From positions 1,488,001 through 1,552,000 of the forward strand of contig JBNJNM010000013.1 of assembly GCA_052426225.1 (NCBI GenBank): a stretch of 64,000 nucleotides of DNA, in the 5' to 3' direction. A program made the translations under genes and the position numbers. This DNA comes from Zancudomyces culisetae HAW-14-8 (taxonomy: Eukaryota; Fungi; Kickxellomycota). Within the stretch, counting starts at the first letter, position 1. The number at the start of each line of letters is the position of its first letter. The notes beneath the pieces are model-generated. The model searched no databases. It saw only the letters and a list, made by a program, of their open reading frames with translations, and was not told where the DNA came from. Positions 24,274 through 38,569 of this stretch are shown one piece after another.

Positions 24274-25100
24274 CTATTGTTCATCCATTCGTGATATCAT
24301 TTTTGTTTTTCGAAGATAGTTAAACAGTGTCTTGGTTGATATTTCATTTACATCTCCCAGTTTGTCTAAACCTACAAGTCTATTAGATATTCATGTTTTT
24401 GTATAAATCAGCTATGTAAGGGTAATCGCAAATTGGTTATGCCAGGCAGGGTTAAACTACGCAGTAAAATCTAATTGGGTAGGTTTTGTTTCACAATACT
24501 TACTTGTCCAACATTTTCCCTTTATCAAACATCAAAATCGTGGGCAGAATCCGAATGTCGTACTTCTTGACCAAAAATGGCATGTTTTTCACATTTACTT
24601 TGCAAATGAGAGTGTCAAAATTACAACGCGCCAGTTTCTAGGATATAACATAACCGATTAAAAATAGTCAATTCTACCCCTAATATGCACTCTCAGTTTT
24701 CGTTTCCTATTGTTCAATCGTCTGATTTCTCTAATTGATATTATACTATTTTTATCTTACCTCTAAATGGCGATCTAAGAGGTAACACCATTTGAATCCT
24801 TCATGAAAAAAAATGCACTATTATTTTATCTGTTTTTGCAATTAATTCAACTGCCCTGCTTTCCTCTGTGTGTTCTACATATTTTCCATGCCCATTTGCG
24901 CTTTTTTGCTTTACAAAAGTGAGTTGTTTATGCATTTCTTCCATTCTCTCCTCTCTATATTTATCATACTCAGTATCGTTTTCCAGCTCATCAAACAGTT
25001 CAGACTCGCTGATGTTGTCATCGATTTGATTGTCCGAATTTAGTATGGTTTGAGCTAAAACCTTTATTTGTTCTTGTGACTCTAGGATTTGCTTTTCCAT
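24274..25100 (-). CDS. PLP1: Phosducin-like / TXNDC9 thioredoxin-fold protein (3 exons; apparent 1-nt frameshift in a T8 run)
   Basis: ELFDELE...YREERMEE...GHGKY, VHFFHEGFKWCYLLDRHLE, PFLVKKYDIRILPTI, LVGLDKLG. Confidence 0.82.
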
Positions 25101-26687
25101 CTGGGCGTCGTTCCTTTTTTAATTTCTTTGGGCGTATAATGTACTGTGTTAGAATTGATATTGCAAAAAAATATTTTCGATTTGTTTTTCTTTTGTAAAT
25201 ATTTTCAGCAAAAACTGACATGAGTGAATATTGAGGTGATTTTTTTGTTCTGACGAGTTTATTGGTTGAAATGAAGTTTAATGGAAAGCCTGCTTTGATT
25301 TCAAAAAAAATTGATGGTGTATGAGCTGAACTGTGCCAGCACGCCCCGTCACCCGTCCCCGTCCCCCGTTCCCCATCTCCTCCCCCTAACCTGTACATGT
25401 CCACTTTGTGGTTCCACACCCGTTTCATTGTTCAGAAATTTATAAAGCCATCATAAAGCGCAGAGCTGTGTTTTTTTATTTTAGCTTTTAATTTCATATT
25501 CCTTCCTTGCATTACTACCATAGCGTTTTCATATTGTCGTATTTGGGCCTGTTCGAAGTGATAATTTACAACGAAGGTATGTATCAGGTTATGGAAAACC
25601 TCATTCTATAAATCTAATACTGCGAACTAATCTATTGTTTTTATCAGATCCTTTGTGTTATTAGCTTTATAAAATTGTTTTACGAAAACCAGCCATGAAC
25701 CGATATCCATATATTGGCTTGTTGTGTAGAGCTATGTTTTACTCATGTGCTCATATTAGAAAAGGCAATTATGCCCTTGCTACTTCACTCCTGTCATGCA
25801 TACCTTCTAATTACTTTTTTACTTTCATGTAATTTCTTGTTTGACTTGGTGGAGTCAATTCAAGTGAATTTTTTCATTACATTTGCTGCTGACATTTTAA
25901 TTAAACATGACCGGAAAAAAAAAGCAAGAAAGTCATTAGGAAGATATAGGACTAGCTCTAGATAGTGAGAAAAAGCTTACAAAATCACATGCACTATTTT
26001 CCCAAAACCGAGTTTGCATTTTCAACTATTACAGGCTCAGAACCAAGAATTTCAACATGAACATTTTCACGGATTTTGAAATTTCCGCAATCTCCAATTT
26101 CACTCGCCCTCCCATCATTCCACTTGATATAATCAAAAGTAAATCTAGTTTTTTTGTTATACAAATTCTCGCTTTGAACTTTATGCATTGTTTTAAAAAG
26201 TGCACTAAAGCAACAACAAGCTTTGCCCGATAACTATATTAAGGTAATATTGATCACAATTTAGTGCTTATTGAAAGGAGAAAATGCTGAAGAGTAAAAA
26301 CAAGCATAGTTTTGAGATTTCAACCTTTACAGGTCTAACATATTGCAGCTACTGCAAAAGATTGATCTGGGGATTTAGCAAACAGGGGCTAAAATGTCAA
26401 GGTAAGTTTGTAAAATGGTTTAAATCTTTTATACATTTAACCAGCGAATAGGCATTCTGATATATTTGATATTGAATAAAGAGGAAATAATTACACCAAA
26501 AATATTAAAATAGATTGTAGCTATACAGCGCACTATGAATGTGAGACCAGAGTCAAATCGCCGTGTATTTCCGTATTGAAAAAGCCAGTGGAACGTAAAT
26601 CCATTAGCCCTAAGCCGACCAAAGGTATTTTTATTATTACTACTTGGCGCTATTTTATAGCGAACTGCTAATTTCCTTTTCCGTTCT

Positions 26688-28856
26688 TTGAGTTGTTTAA
26701 ACAAAACTAAAAACCTACTCGGAATAATTTACATAGTACAACATATCGAAGACCTTGACGATGAGGAGCATTATACAGACGAAGCAGGAGAAAAGGGAGT
26801 ACTTTTCAAGCGATTAAATAGAGATTTGCAGAGCGAAGCCGAGAAGCAGTACGACATCAACAAAAAAAACAAACTAAAGGCATACCCAGAAGTATCCTTT
26901 GTTTCAGCAATGCCTAAAAACTTTAGTGGCTTTATAGATAAGTCGGGTCCATTGGCTTTTGGCCAAGAAACGGTTTTAGATATACTATTTTGGGAAAACC
27001 CAAAAATGACATTCGTAGCTATGATAGTATGGACCGTGTATTGTAAGTTTAGATTGTCATTTATTTAACACTTTACCATGTATACTGAATGTGTTGTTGA
27101 AAATTAAATAGGTTTTAGACCTCAACTTTTATTTATAACACCAATGTTAATATTTCTCGGATACTCTTTATTTGCACTGAGCAAAGTCGAAACATCAAAG
27201 GGTGCCACCAGTGGTAATACAATGGAGAAAAAAAAGCAGTCAGATGAGAAAACACTACAACCACATAACAAAGAAAAGCCGATACCTATACCTACACCGA
27301 CATCAGCAGTAGCAACTGCAAAAGCAACTGCAGCAAAAGCAACGGCAGCAATAACAACAGCAGTATCAGCAACAACAACAGCAGTATCAGCAACAACAGC
27401 AGCAGTATCAGCAACAACAACAGAATCAGTAACAGTACTAGCGCCAGCGCCGAGGCCGATGCCAATATCGATTCCGAAAAAAGTGGACCAAAACAAGGGT
27501 GGGAAGTCTATGGTGGTTGCAACAAATGATACCGTTTGTGTACCCGAATCCAAAGCAGGAAGTGCGCCTCATCTTGGTTTTAGTACATGGACGAGTATTT
27601 ACAAAGTTATAAATCCAAATATTCTTCCAGTAAAACCTTCAACTGATCTTATGGGTAATCTTCGGTTTAATCAAAACGTCACAGGCAACTATTTAGATGC
27701 TTACGAGGCTATAGAGAAACTGCTTGTATCCCTTGATTGGAATACAGATCCAGTCATGTCCCTAAAGCTCACATCAGGGATTTTTGGTGCGCTAGTGGGC
27801 ATTTGTGTTGTGTTATTTTATGTTCCGGTTTGGATACTGTTTTGGGTTGGCGGGCTTTCTGGATTTTTGCTGAACTGTCCTTTGCTTCGTGCTTTATTTA
27901 TTGTCTTTACGCCTGAACTCAAGTTTTACTTGCGAAATCTCAGAGTTAAAATTGCTGTTGTGTTTGCCAGTAAAATTCCAACTTTTAGACCATATATTTC
28001 CATGCTCAACAACCATCCAGCTATTTTCTCTTCAAAATTTCCTCTGTTAGCAAAAATACGACGATCGTTTGCTAGAAAAGACTTGAAAGATGATGAGAAC
28101 ATATCTGTACTTAGCGATGTTGCCACCTTGGCCACAAACTTAAACAATTCTATTTCCTCTCAAACCGTCCGCCGTACAAGTTCGGACCCATCTTTGGATA
28201 TTCTCCAAACTTCTCCTACCTCTGGCTCAACCCCGTTATTTGCCGACTTTGGCCGCTCCTCGAGTACCAAGTACTTGTCTATTTCCAATAAGCCTGTTGT
28301 ACGTAAATCACGAATACTGTTGGATGCTGTTGATAGCACTGTGCATCCTCAGCTTTCCACTACCTCCGTTTTGACGAATACCTTTAAATCGTCATCCCCA
28401 TTTGCTGACAAGCATCCTTACAGTCATCACAACCGTTTATATTCTACTTCTGCCTCTTCTTCTCCCTCTCCTTCTCCCTCTCCTTCCCTACCTGCTTCCC
28501 CACCCACTCCTTCCCCAGACCGTGTCCCTCTGGATAGTGACGCGTACCCTGACTTTATCGTCGAGAATCAACGTTACCTTGAAGGTATCGGTTGGTCTTG
28601 TAAACTTTTCCCGCCTGATCCCCGTCCATTTTCGGATATATCTGGGTTCAAATGTTTTAAAAAATATATTGTTAGGGAAGACACCTCAGCCTCCTCGAAT
28701 ATTAATTATAACACTGAAATATACCGCGTTAGCCATGATTTCCAACTCTGTTCAACTGATGCAGGTGGTTGGGTTTACTACGATGACTCTTGGAAGAGTG
28801 CATCCTCTGTTACTACAGGGAAATCCACTAGACAGCGCGTGTGGGTAAAAAATTGA
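26688..28856 (+). CDS. Pex24/Pex28-32-like integral peroxisomal/ER membrane protein with dysferlin domain (5' exons uncertain)
   Basis: ILFWENPKMTFVAM, NLRFNQNVTG..D, hydrophobic reticulon-like segments, C-terminal ENQRY..IGW...GWVYYD..W...TRQRVW dysferlin signature; intron ~27043-27110. Confidence 0.8.
27300..27430 (+). repeat. Ala/Thr-coding tandem repeats (21-bp GCAGTATCAGCAACAACAACA)
   Basis: Encodes TTAVSA repeats within the ORF. Confidence 0.8.
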
Positions 28857-31503
28857 TTCATCCCTCCTCTTTTAAAGATTAGCTTGGCTTTTCATATTGA
28901 TAGATGTTTGAGTTATTGGTTCCCAGGCTTGTTAGTCCTTTTTCTTGTATATTACTTTAGAATTTATTTTTTGTATTTACTATAGTTGATTTTTTTTCTT
29001 GTCGGTTCTACAGGCTAAATTATCAAATTTGTCATTCTGTAGCATTTACTCCCGCTTTCTCGAAAATGGATGCGGCACAATTGTGGAACTACATTGCAGC
29101 GCTTTAACACAAATGTGATCAAAGTCGTGTTAAATCACGCTCTAATCTTTTTTTTTTCTTGTATCAATGTCTAAATAACCTATCTATCATCTTCCCTGAT
29201 AAACGGCATAGCAGATACTGAACGAAGACGTTGCAATTACAGTGGCTAGCACTTATGCTACTCATTCGTAAGCCAGCAACCGAAAATGGTATTTAGGGTC
29301 AGACTGGCCGCATTTGTATCGGTTGGTTTTACCGGTATATTTTAGGAAACTTTGGCTTGCAAAAGAGCCGAGTATTGTGGTTTGTAATGTACCAGATAAT
29401 TACTTTTGTTTGTTTTTCTCGCTTTTTGGACAAAAGCTAGTACAAAAGGTTCAGTAGTTTGTTTTTTGTAAAACACTTGTTTTTTTTTGAAGTATGCCAG
29501 CCAATACTCAATTACTGCGGCAGTTTGGTAATGACTACAAGCACTTTTATCAGTGCCCTGCTTCCCCTCCTACACTCACCCAATCACCAACTAGCTAAGC
29601 CTGAACCACTTTTTAGTTCAGCCAATTTAATTGGACATGTTTTTTTTGGTTCTTTTACCAAAAACACTAATTCTACTCTATAAAAACGATTGGCCAGAAG
29701 GAATTATGTTTCAAAGTTCCGCAAATGCCTTTTAAATCAAACCTAAAACTTATTTGATCCCAGCTGGCAAAAACACGTATCAGAATGATGTGCTTAATAT
29801 AACACTGAACTTCATGTGTGTGGTTCTACATGTAGTCTATTTACTCATCAGCTTCACATTATTTGGGTCCAACCTATCTCTGGTATCTTTTCTCTATACT
29901 TTCCCCCCTCCCCTCTCTTCTCTTGAGCTTATTACAAATGTCAAGAGCAGTGCAATAAATGATCAGAACCACTCAGAAGTCTCATTTACACATTTTTACT
30001 TTCCTTTTCGTATTTTTTGTATATTGTCAAAGAAAAAAATAAAAATGAATAGAATGATGATAAATATTAATGTTTTACTTTGTTAAGGCGGGGGAACATC
30101 GCTGTGTTGCATTGCTGACGCATCAGAAAAAGAAACAGAGAAATATTTGTAATTGATCGTTTAATATAGACAATTAAAACTACACTTTAACGGTATGGTG
30201 ACATATAGTGTATACTTTACCACATTAACAACTATACTCACCAATTTGACCACAGTTTGAACTTTTTGCCAAGTGGATGTTCCAATTACCCCTTTTTTAA
30301 TTTCTGAATCGAACTTTCATTGTTTTCTTTTTCTCAAAAGGGTTGAGGAAAGGGTGCGAATTATGATTATTTTAAATTTAAAAAAGTAAAAGTAATGAGA
30401 ATACAATGGTACTTAGTTTATAGGTACCAAATGGGTTTAATAGAGATGCAATTCGAAACCACCTGCCCATTTTTATCTTGAAAGGGGTCAGTATAGCATA
30501 AATGATTCAGTAGATCTATCGCCTAAAGTGTACTTGGGTTTTTAATTCTCGATTTTGCTTCACTACAAAACCAACCACAAGTGTCTTGACGCTCGGCCTA
30601 CTAGTTTCTATGTAGTAAAAATATTTTCCCTCGAGATAGTAGAAATTAACAATTTGTTGTATATTACAGCATTTATTTGCAGCGTAGTAATATTTGCTTT
30701 CCATGGTTTATAGTATTGGCGCTAGAAATTGAGTGAAAATACATGCCAACCTTTCGTTGCAGAGAAAATAAATAACAACGAGAAATAAAAAGGTGGAGGG
30801 CATTGCTAGCCCACGAAGGGAGATAATGTAAAGGATAGGAGCTCAAACTTCGACTTAAATTAAACTCAAACATAAAATCAAAAGTTAATTTGATTCTTTT
30901 TTCTAGTTCCAATTTTTAACTATTATAACATATATATAAATTGCATAGTTTGAAAATTCACATGGAATATATGACTATTTAACTAACATTACTTTGCATA
31001 ATTGTTCTGAAAAGTATATTTTCATGGTATTACGCATAATATATACAAAGGTAAATATACGGGAACAAAACGACAAAAATATAACGCTTTAGGCATCTAG
31101 ATCAGAGAAAAGTTTTGAATTCTCTTGTATACTACAACTTTACACCAGCCTAACGAGCCATTGTCAGAGGTGGACGCAAAGTCTAAGGTGCATATATACG
31201 CTAATAAAGCCGTCTTATGTATGCTAAGAACACATCAGATTTGTTTTTGACATATAAAATAAAATATACCGGGGCTGGACCTTGGCCAGCATGAAGAACA
31301 AACCATTTAAGAGTAACTACGGCATTATAATTTATTCGTATATGCTTTTGATAATATTAATGACAACCAAAATAATGGTATATAACATAAAAACTCATAA
31401 CAAACGTAGACGCAGAATATCACATAATAAATTATACCCATCACTGTAAGACAAAGGCATTGATCACAAATCTTTCAATAATATTACCCACAGCAGCGTT
31501 GCA

Positions 31504-33666
31504 ATGACAGAAGGTCCAATAATTCAGGCAAGGGGCAGTAGTATTTACTTGTCACGCAGTAGCACCGAGTTTTTATGTAAAAAGTCAAACAGAAATGAGA
31601 ATGACACTGGCACTGGCACTGGCATCAGGGCAGCAATTAGAAGATCGGTACTATTCAGACAAAAATCCGTTAAAAGTACAAACGCTGCACCCACCACGTC
31701 TACTGCAAGCTTGGCCAAGGGAATATATCGAAAATTCAGTAAAAGCGACTTTAACTTGGCGCAAAAACGTGACATGCCCGATATCAGCAGAGATGCAATA
31801 AAAAAACTCAACAAAAAAAAACGAGATAACCGCACAAAGTCTACTTATAGCCCAGTTACCAATAGCAGATTGCCTGGAAACAAAATTTCAAGTAAGTAAA
31901 AAAACCTTAGAATAGGGTGTAAATGGTTATGAGATAATTGATTACCTTTTAATGTTTTTATATGAGCGAAGTTTACTAAATATCAATCACAACGATCTTT
32001 AACGTAGGAGCGAACACATGCACTGCCATTAAAAGAGATTGTAATATAAATTCAACACAGATAATATGTGTAAGTGTCGGACAATATAAGCACCAGAAAC
32101 TTCAACTAGTTGTACCAGCTATTATTGCATTGTGTTGCGACTATTTACTGAAAAACGGTAACTTTCTTGCGCATTTCTAGAAAAAAAAATGGATGTATGA
32201 AATAAATATGTACTCAAGTTTAAAAGCTAAATTTTGCTGTATAATACTATTTAGGAGGATCAGTAACGGGATTATTCAGAATTAACGGCTCAATTAAAAG
32301 AGTAAACACACTGCAGTCACAGTTTGAAAGACATTTAGCTATAAATTCTGCGCTAAATTTGGATAAATTTACTCAACATGATGTTGCAATGGTTATGAGG
32401 AGAGTATTGAATAGTTTGCCTGAAACTGTAATTCCGCCACCATTTTACTATGATTTTACTCGCATATACGGTAACTATTTTAAGATATTGTAATTATTTA
32501 TAATTAGTTGTGACTTTACCAAGATCCTAAAGTGAATATGTTAGTTTTGAGATGTTAAAAGTATTTCTGTAACCTATCAAATAGAGAGCAATTTTAGCGA
32601 GGAAAAAAAAATTAGCATGTACCATAGCCTGGTCTACTACAAGCTGCCAGAGCTTTCGTGTAGTCTACTCGTGTACCTGATATATGTACTAAGAGAATTT
32701 AGCAAGCCAAACGTGTCGTCAGTAACATTAATGGATGATGAAAACCTAGCTGCAGTTTTCCAGCCGTCGCTATTACTACATAATAACCATATTTTGGATC
32801 CATCTGAGTACAGCAAATGTAAAAACATTATCAGGTGTTTGATCTCAAAACTGCCCCTTGATGCAGATTTTCAAGTAACGTGGCTGGAACAACGCAAATA
32901 CGTATCTACAAGCTATGCGGGTTATATGTGCTGTAGATACTCCAAATTCAAAAGTGCCTCAAATTGCGACGTCAATAAACGCAATGCAAACGAACCGCAT
33001 ATCTACGAATCTCAAAACAGTAAAAAAAAAGCCGCCAATTATTTTTCAAAGAATAAAAAGCGAGATACAGTTTATTCAAAACCTCTACAACCACGATTGG
33101 TAGACATGTGTGAACAAGATTGTATGGATCAGAGTGATTACAGCATAGAATATTTACTTAGCTGCTATAATGACAGCAAAAAATCTTTAGCAGGTAATAC
33201 AAAGGGGTCAGTAAGCTCTGATTCTAACTTTTCGGGTACTCTTTATGGGTCTAATGCTGAGGACGTTGTCGAAGATGAATGTGAAGTGTTACCACTTTGC
33301 GGAGGCACCGATATAAATTATTCTGTAGAGAAAGACTACGAAAAGCTAGAAAGTGAACTAAGTTCGTCAATAGAAAGGTTCAGTGCTCTGATCAACTTGA
33401 ATATTGAGGAGTTGAGTTTTAGCTTTGATGCTTTACTCTTGAACAAGGCACATCAGGGAACCGATAGCATCGATTCAAACAACTATCAGGTGTCGGGAAG
33501 AGATGCGACTAATTGTTTGAAATCTCTTAACAACTTGAATTCAACAAGCTATAACAACGATACTGGGCCGAATAATTCCAAAGAACACGATGTTGGTACT
33601 AAATATCTTCGCAAATTGAAGTCGGGGTATACCAAACTCATCGGTGCTATCTTGAACTCTAAATAA
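31504..33666 (+). CDS. Rho GTPase-activating protein (about 4 exons)
   Basis: VPAIIALCCDYLLKN, GLFRINGS (Arg finger), HDVAMVMRRVLNSLPETVIP, MDDENLAAVFQPSLL. Confidence 0.85.
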
Positions 33667-34571
33667 ATTACCGCATTACTCCCCATTTTGCAGAGTTGAA
33701 TCGACTTGGTCATAAAATGATATTACTTTTATATTTTTAGTGAGTTGGGAAAGGAAATAGGGACAAGCTTTTTTTCTATTTTTCTTTTTTGATTTTTGAC
33801 ATTACATTATTTAGATAATAAAAAGTTCCTAAAAAAACGGTCTACTAAACTAAACACAGCTTATTCCCCTTCGACTCTCTAACATCTCCATGCTCGAGGG
33901 ACATTGGTTCAGGGGGAGTGAGGCTACACTAATGTTCTTCAAGAATAAGTAGGGAGGTAAAAAGGTCCCGTTAAGAAACCTGGCTGTGGAGACCACTGAT
34001 TTGACGTAAGCGATGTTTGAGTCTGGAGAATCCCAAAAAGTTCGGACTTTGACTCCCACCTGTTTCTCCACCTCCAGGTGCTCACATTTCATCTTCTTGC
34101 TTCTAACAAAGCCCAACTAAAGAAGAAAATGTACTAGTTTAGAAAGAAAAAACGTAGTTTATACAATCTACAAGCAAACCACGCCCATTTTCATCCCATT
34201 TACTGCAATCTGAAACCGTTTATGTTTATGCATAAATCAATAATACTGTTAGGAGCTTTTGGAATTTACTCATCTGAATGGTATAACCCAAGACCCACCA
34301 CACCTCAAACACCATGAATCAATATTTTATTGCAAACATCACAGTTCTTCATTAAAATTATTCTTATCTACCTTATATTTAAAGCGAATAAATCCGCTCA
34401 GGACCACATAGATGTAATAACATGGTGCGGGAAATGTGGCTCCTTTGTAATAAAAGGACAGCAACAAGTGGAAAATAGCACCCAGAAAATAAAAATAAAA
34501 TACAAAGCTTTTATTTGTGTAAGAAAAAAAGTTAGGTCGAAATCAGTGATAAGAATGGCGCAAAAGGTAAT

Positions 34572-35241
34572 TTATTTTGGTGGGCGCAGTGGTCCACCTA
34601 TATCTTTTCCACGGAGCTTAATTCCGAGTGCCCTCTCCAATTTTCCCAGAATTTGCTGATTAGGTATAGCTATTAATCGCCATTTACAAGACATAGTTAG
34701 AATCTGTCAAAGTATATCTCTTTGGTGGTAGCAACAGTAGTGAAAAAAAAGATACCATAAAAACTTACCTCTTCCGGCTTCATAGTCATTGATAACATTC
34801 TGTTTTTCGTTTATCTTCACAGCAAGATCCTTTTGTGAGAGCCCCTTTTCTGTGCGCGAGCTTTGGATGGCCCTACCAACACTGAGCTCAACCTTTTGTG
34901 GTGCAGCAATAATATCCTCACGATCAAGCTTAGCGATTTTTTGATGATCTGGATTTATGTGATGCGATTTGTTCAATGAGGTCGCTAATTAACAAAGTGC
35001 AAAGAAAAGTCTTTAAAAAATGTTTTTATTGCTATTTCATTGAAAAATTCTTCTAAGTCCATAGACCAGACAAATATCCCAAAAAATAATGAGGTATCTA
35101 AAACTGCTTACTTTTGCGTCCGGAAATAACCTCGACACCTGCTCTCCTTGCCGCGTTTAGATCAGATTCATTTTTTGTGACCTTTGGTTTAGCTATATGC
35201 TTTTTAAGCACAGTAACATCGTCCCATCCTGCCGAAGACAT
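34572..35241 (-). CDS. MBF1: Multiprotein bridging factor 1 (3 exons)
   Basis: [65 protein letters not shown]. Confidence 0.95.
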
Positions 35242-37113
35242 TTTTCCTTGGCGTATATATCTAGTTGTTGTTCGTTTTAGCTTCTTTCAATAATTTGATG
35301 TGGAGTGGATCTCCTTTGTTTTAATAAATCTTAAAGCAGAGATTATCTTTTTAAATAGTAAACTAGTTAAAATTGAAATACAAAATCGAGCTTTTATGCT
35401 TTTGTGTTTTTATACTCAATTTTTTTGTTTACCCTGAAGATTGATGCTTGTTGCATTTTTTTTTACGGCCATGGTTTATGTAATTTACACCATGGAACTT
35501 TCTCGAACCTCGAGTTACCAAATACTTTTATGGCAGCAATCAATGGGCAAATTGGCACTAGCAATTCAATAAACTGGCTAACCAATGAAATACTTGGAAA
35601 TACACTGCACTCTCACCAATAAGTTCAGAAAAGCCTGTACGTAGCAGCAATGGCAGTGCAAAGAACACAACTCTATTGACAAACTTATGCTTTGACCAGG
35701 AAGCTCATTAAATGGCCATAGATAACTTTCCGCCTTCATAACGCACTACATATGCTTTTACTGGTTTTGAATAGCAGAATAATTGCTATGGTTAAATATT
35801 TTTAGGTAAACGACTTTACAGCTTCAACGAGTGTTTATGTTAGAAGATAGTTAAGTAAATATATATTTTTAAGATGCAGTTCATTTTTTTATCTCACAAT
35901 AGGAATTGATACACACTTTTGTGTTCACACACACATACAAACACACACGAACACTTTACTAGAATATATCCGCTATTAACCTAGCGTAGCGTAAAATGGC
36001 ACTAGTATAACATTGTAAGTCTATTTTGATACAAACCCTGCCAATATCACTTGTGGACATACAGTTTTTGACAAGAGTATGTTCTTGATTTGGTTTATAC
36101 TTTTATGATTTCACTTTTTCTTAAGCCCAAATAAAAAGCAACAATATATTGATACATATCCAAGTGTACCATTGTTACTTAAAACGTACTGATCCTAGTA
36201 AAGATTGGCCCAATGGTTTAGTATGGTATTTTAAAAAAAGACACTCATTCAAATAAATTGGGATGTTTGAAGTCTTTTTTTCCCGCGCATCTTCAAAATG
36301 TGTATTGGATGACTCATTTCTATCGATGGAGACGATATTTTCATTTTAACCATGCAAATACTAGTGGTTTTCCGAAAAAAACAATATAAATTTAAGTATA
36401 ATGATAGTAGCCAGAGGGTTTACTCGCACTAGGCTAATAAGATGTGGTTACCATCATTCTTTTGAAAATATTCTAAACATAAAACAAGTACTATGATGAA
36501 AAAAGCGTGCTATCAAGAATTGGCATGTTTTACTTGTATCACTTTTGGAATAGCAGAAACGTAATACTGTTTTAAAGCTGTATGAGGCTGACACCACTAC
36601 AAGCTTCCTCCATTTACCATAAAATACATGCGGAGGATGTCGACTATAACTATTGGTTTTGAATATTACGTCAAAAACGCAAAACTCTTAAATTGAAACA
36701 TGCAAAACTCGAAAAATGTGTGGAGTTCTTCTATATGGTGTCAAAAAGGTCCAGTCGAAACAACCCTATTGTGTGATTCCTAGTCCCACAAATTTCCGTT
36801 GCAAAAACTTAGTAGCAATACTTTTTTTTATAGCTAACTAACCTATTATCTGTCTCCTGGTAATACCATAGAAAGAATTCACGTTTTAGTGTATGTTCCT
36901 TAGAGAATATTATCGATTTCGATTTTTTTTACACTTTTCAATTCATAAAAGTTTATAAAAACAAACACACTTGCAAGTAGAGGCGTTTGGCAAAGCTCCG
37001 AAAGATTAAAATAAGAGTACTTTATTAATTATTCAGTACATAAATAAATAAACAAATAAATAAAGAGTATTAATAGAGATAGGGATATTATAAAGATATC
37101 AACAAAGAGAAAA

Positions 37114-38569
37114 ATGGTTAAAATCAGTTTACCGGCTGTTTTTGGCTTATTCTTCTATGGATATAGCTTTGGTCAGAATGCAATAAGAAAAGATCTCATT
37201 AACGTTAAAGATGACGTCGTTACATCAATTGAAAGCTCAGTACTATACGATAATGCCAACAATTTTGTAGAATTAGCAAACCATGCTAACAAAAAGCAGC
37301 TAGAAAACGCAAAGGGGGTTTTGTACAATATTGGAGAGGGATTTGAGTGCACCCCTGCTGCACATGGAAAGGATCACTTTGGCAATGAATATGTTCGAAT
37401 CGCACTTGGATATGTTGGAAAGTGTAATCCATATTCCGTTATACAGCAGGCAGTATTTGACGATGCCAGAGGAATAATTTTATATGAAGATACAAAAAAC
37501 AATGCTGAACTCAAGAAAAAAGTTAAGAATGAACTTAAAAATAAAAAAGTTGGCATACCCGTATATGTAGTGGATAGCAACATAGGATCTTTTTTGAGCA
37601 GACAAGTGTTGGAAATGGATTTGGACAACAACTTTAAAGATAATACAGACAACAAAAGAGCTGTATTTGTATCATTGATTGGAAGTCCGAATACTGGAGG
37701 AAAGGGATTGAGAACAGCTATGATAGTAGTGTTTACTATTCTAGGTGCAGGAGTGTTAATTTCATGTAAGAGAATTCTTTTTTAGTTTGTATAGAACTGC
37801 TGATATTATGGATGATTGCCATGATGGTGTTTAAAACATAGACATTAACATTCTATCAACATTAACATTAACATTATAACTAACATTTATATTGCTTATT
37901 ACCAAAATAATAGTATTTTTATACTTGAAAAAACGACACCAGAAAAGATTATATATCTCGGGCAAAATTGAAAAACCATCACGAGGAAGAAGACGTAGAA
38001 CACTACCAGAATCAATCATTAAAAACATGGAAACGTTTACATTGTCTCAAGAGGTCATCTCAAAACTTACATCCAACAACAACCATACCCCTACACTACT
38101 CTTTAGTCCTACATCAGGATCCAAAACTGCTAGTAATGTAAGTTATACTAAGGGTATGAGACATCTATCCACTTGTGCAATTTGTATTGACGATTTTGTT
38201 GCAGGTGTAAAAGTACGCAAACTGCCATGCACACACTTTTTCCATACCGAGTGCATTGACCCATGGCTACAGAAACAGTCGGCACTGTGCCCAGTTTGTA
38301 AATATGATACGCGAATGCTTATGAGTGTTGATGACTATGAGTGTGAAGATTTCAATGCTGCCCCTTTGCTGGAAGATGGCGGAATTGAGAAGGAGGTTGG
38401 AATGAGATACTATCTTAATAGGCTTTATACAACCGCGCTCGGTAAATTTGGTGGCAAAAACAAAAAAAACAAAAACACTATTCCTGTTAGAAGGGTTTCA
38501 TTTGAAAGGCCAAAATTTGCGACACATCATAGGACTATAAGGGTTGAAAAACCCACTGATAATATTTAA
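37114..38569 (+). CDS. PA-TM-RING-H2 E3 ubiquitin ligase (RNF13/Goliath/RMR-like; intron ~37766-37913)
   Basis: Signal peptide, PA-like domain (GKC...ARGIILY...IPVYVV), TM, RING-H2 CAICIDDF..VRKLPCTHFFHTECIDPWL..CPVCK. Confidence 0.88.

Noticed and set aside
26892-26900. GTATCCTTT, U12-type 5' splice-site consensus
   Set aside because: Lies inside an open, homologous coding exon of the peroxin gene; no intron is needed there.
29459-30912. Short ORFs in the long intergenic region
   Set aside because: Low-complexity Phe/Leu/Ile-rich translations typical of AT-rich non-coding DNA; mostly non-ATG starts.
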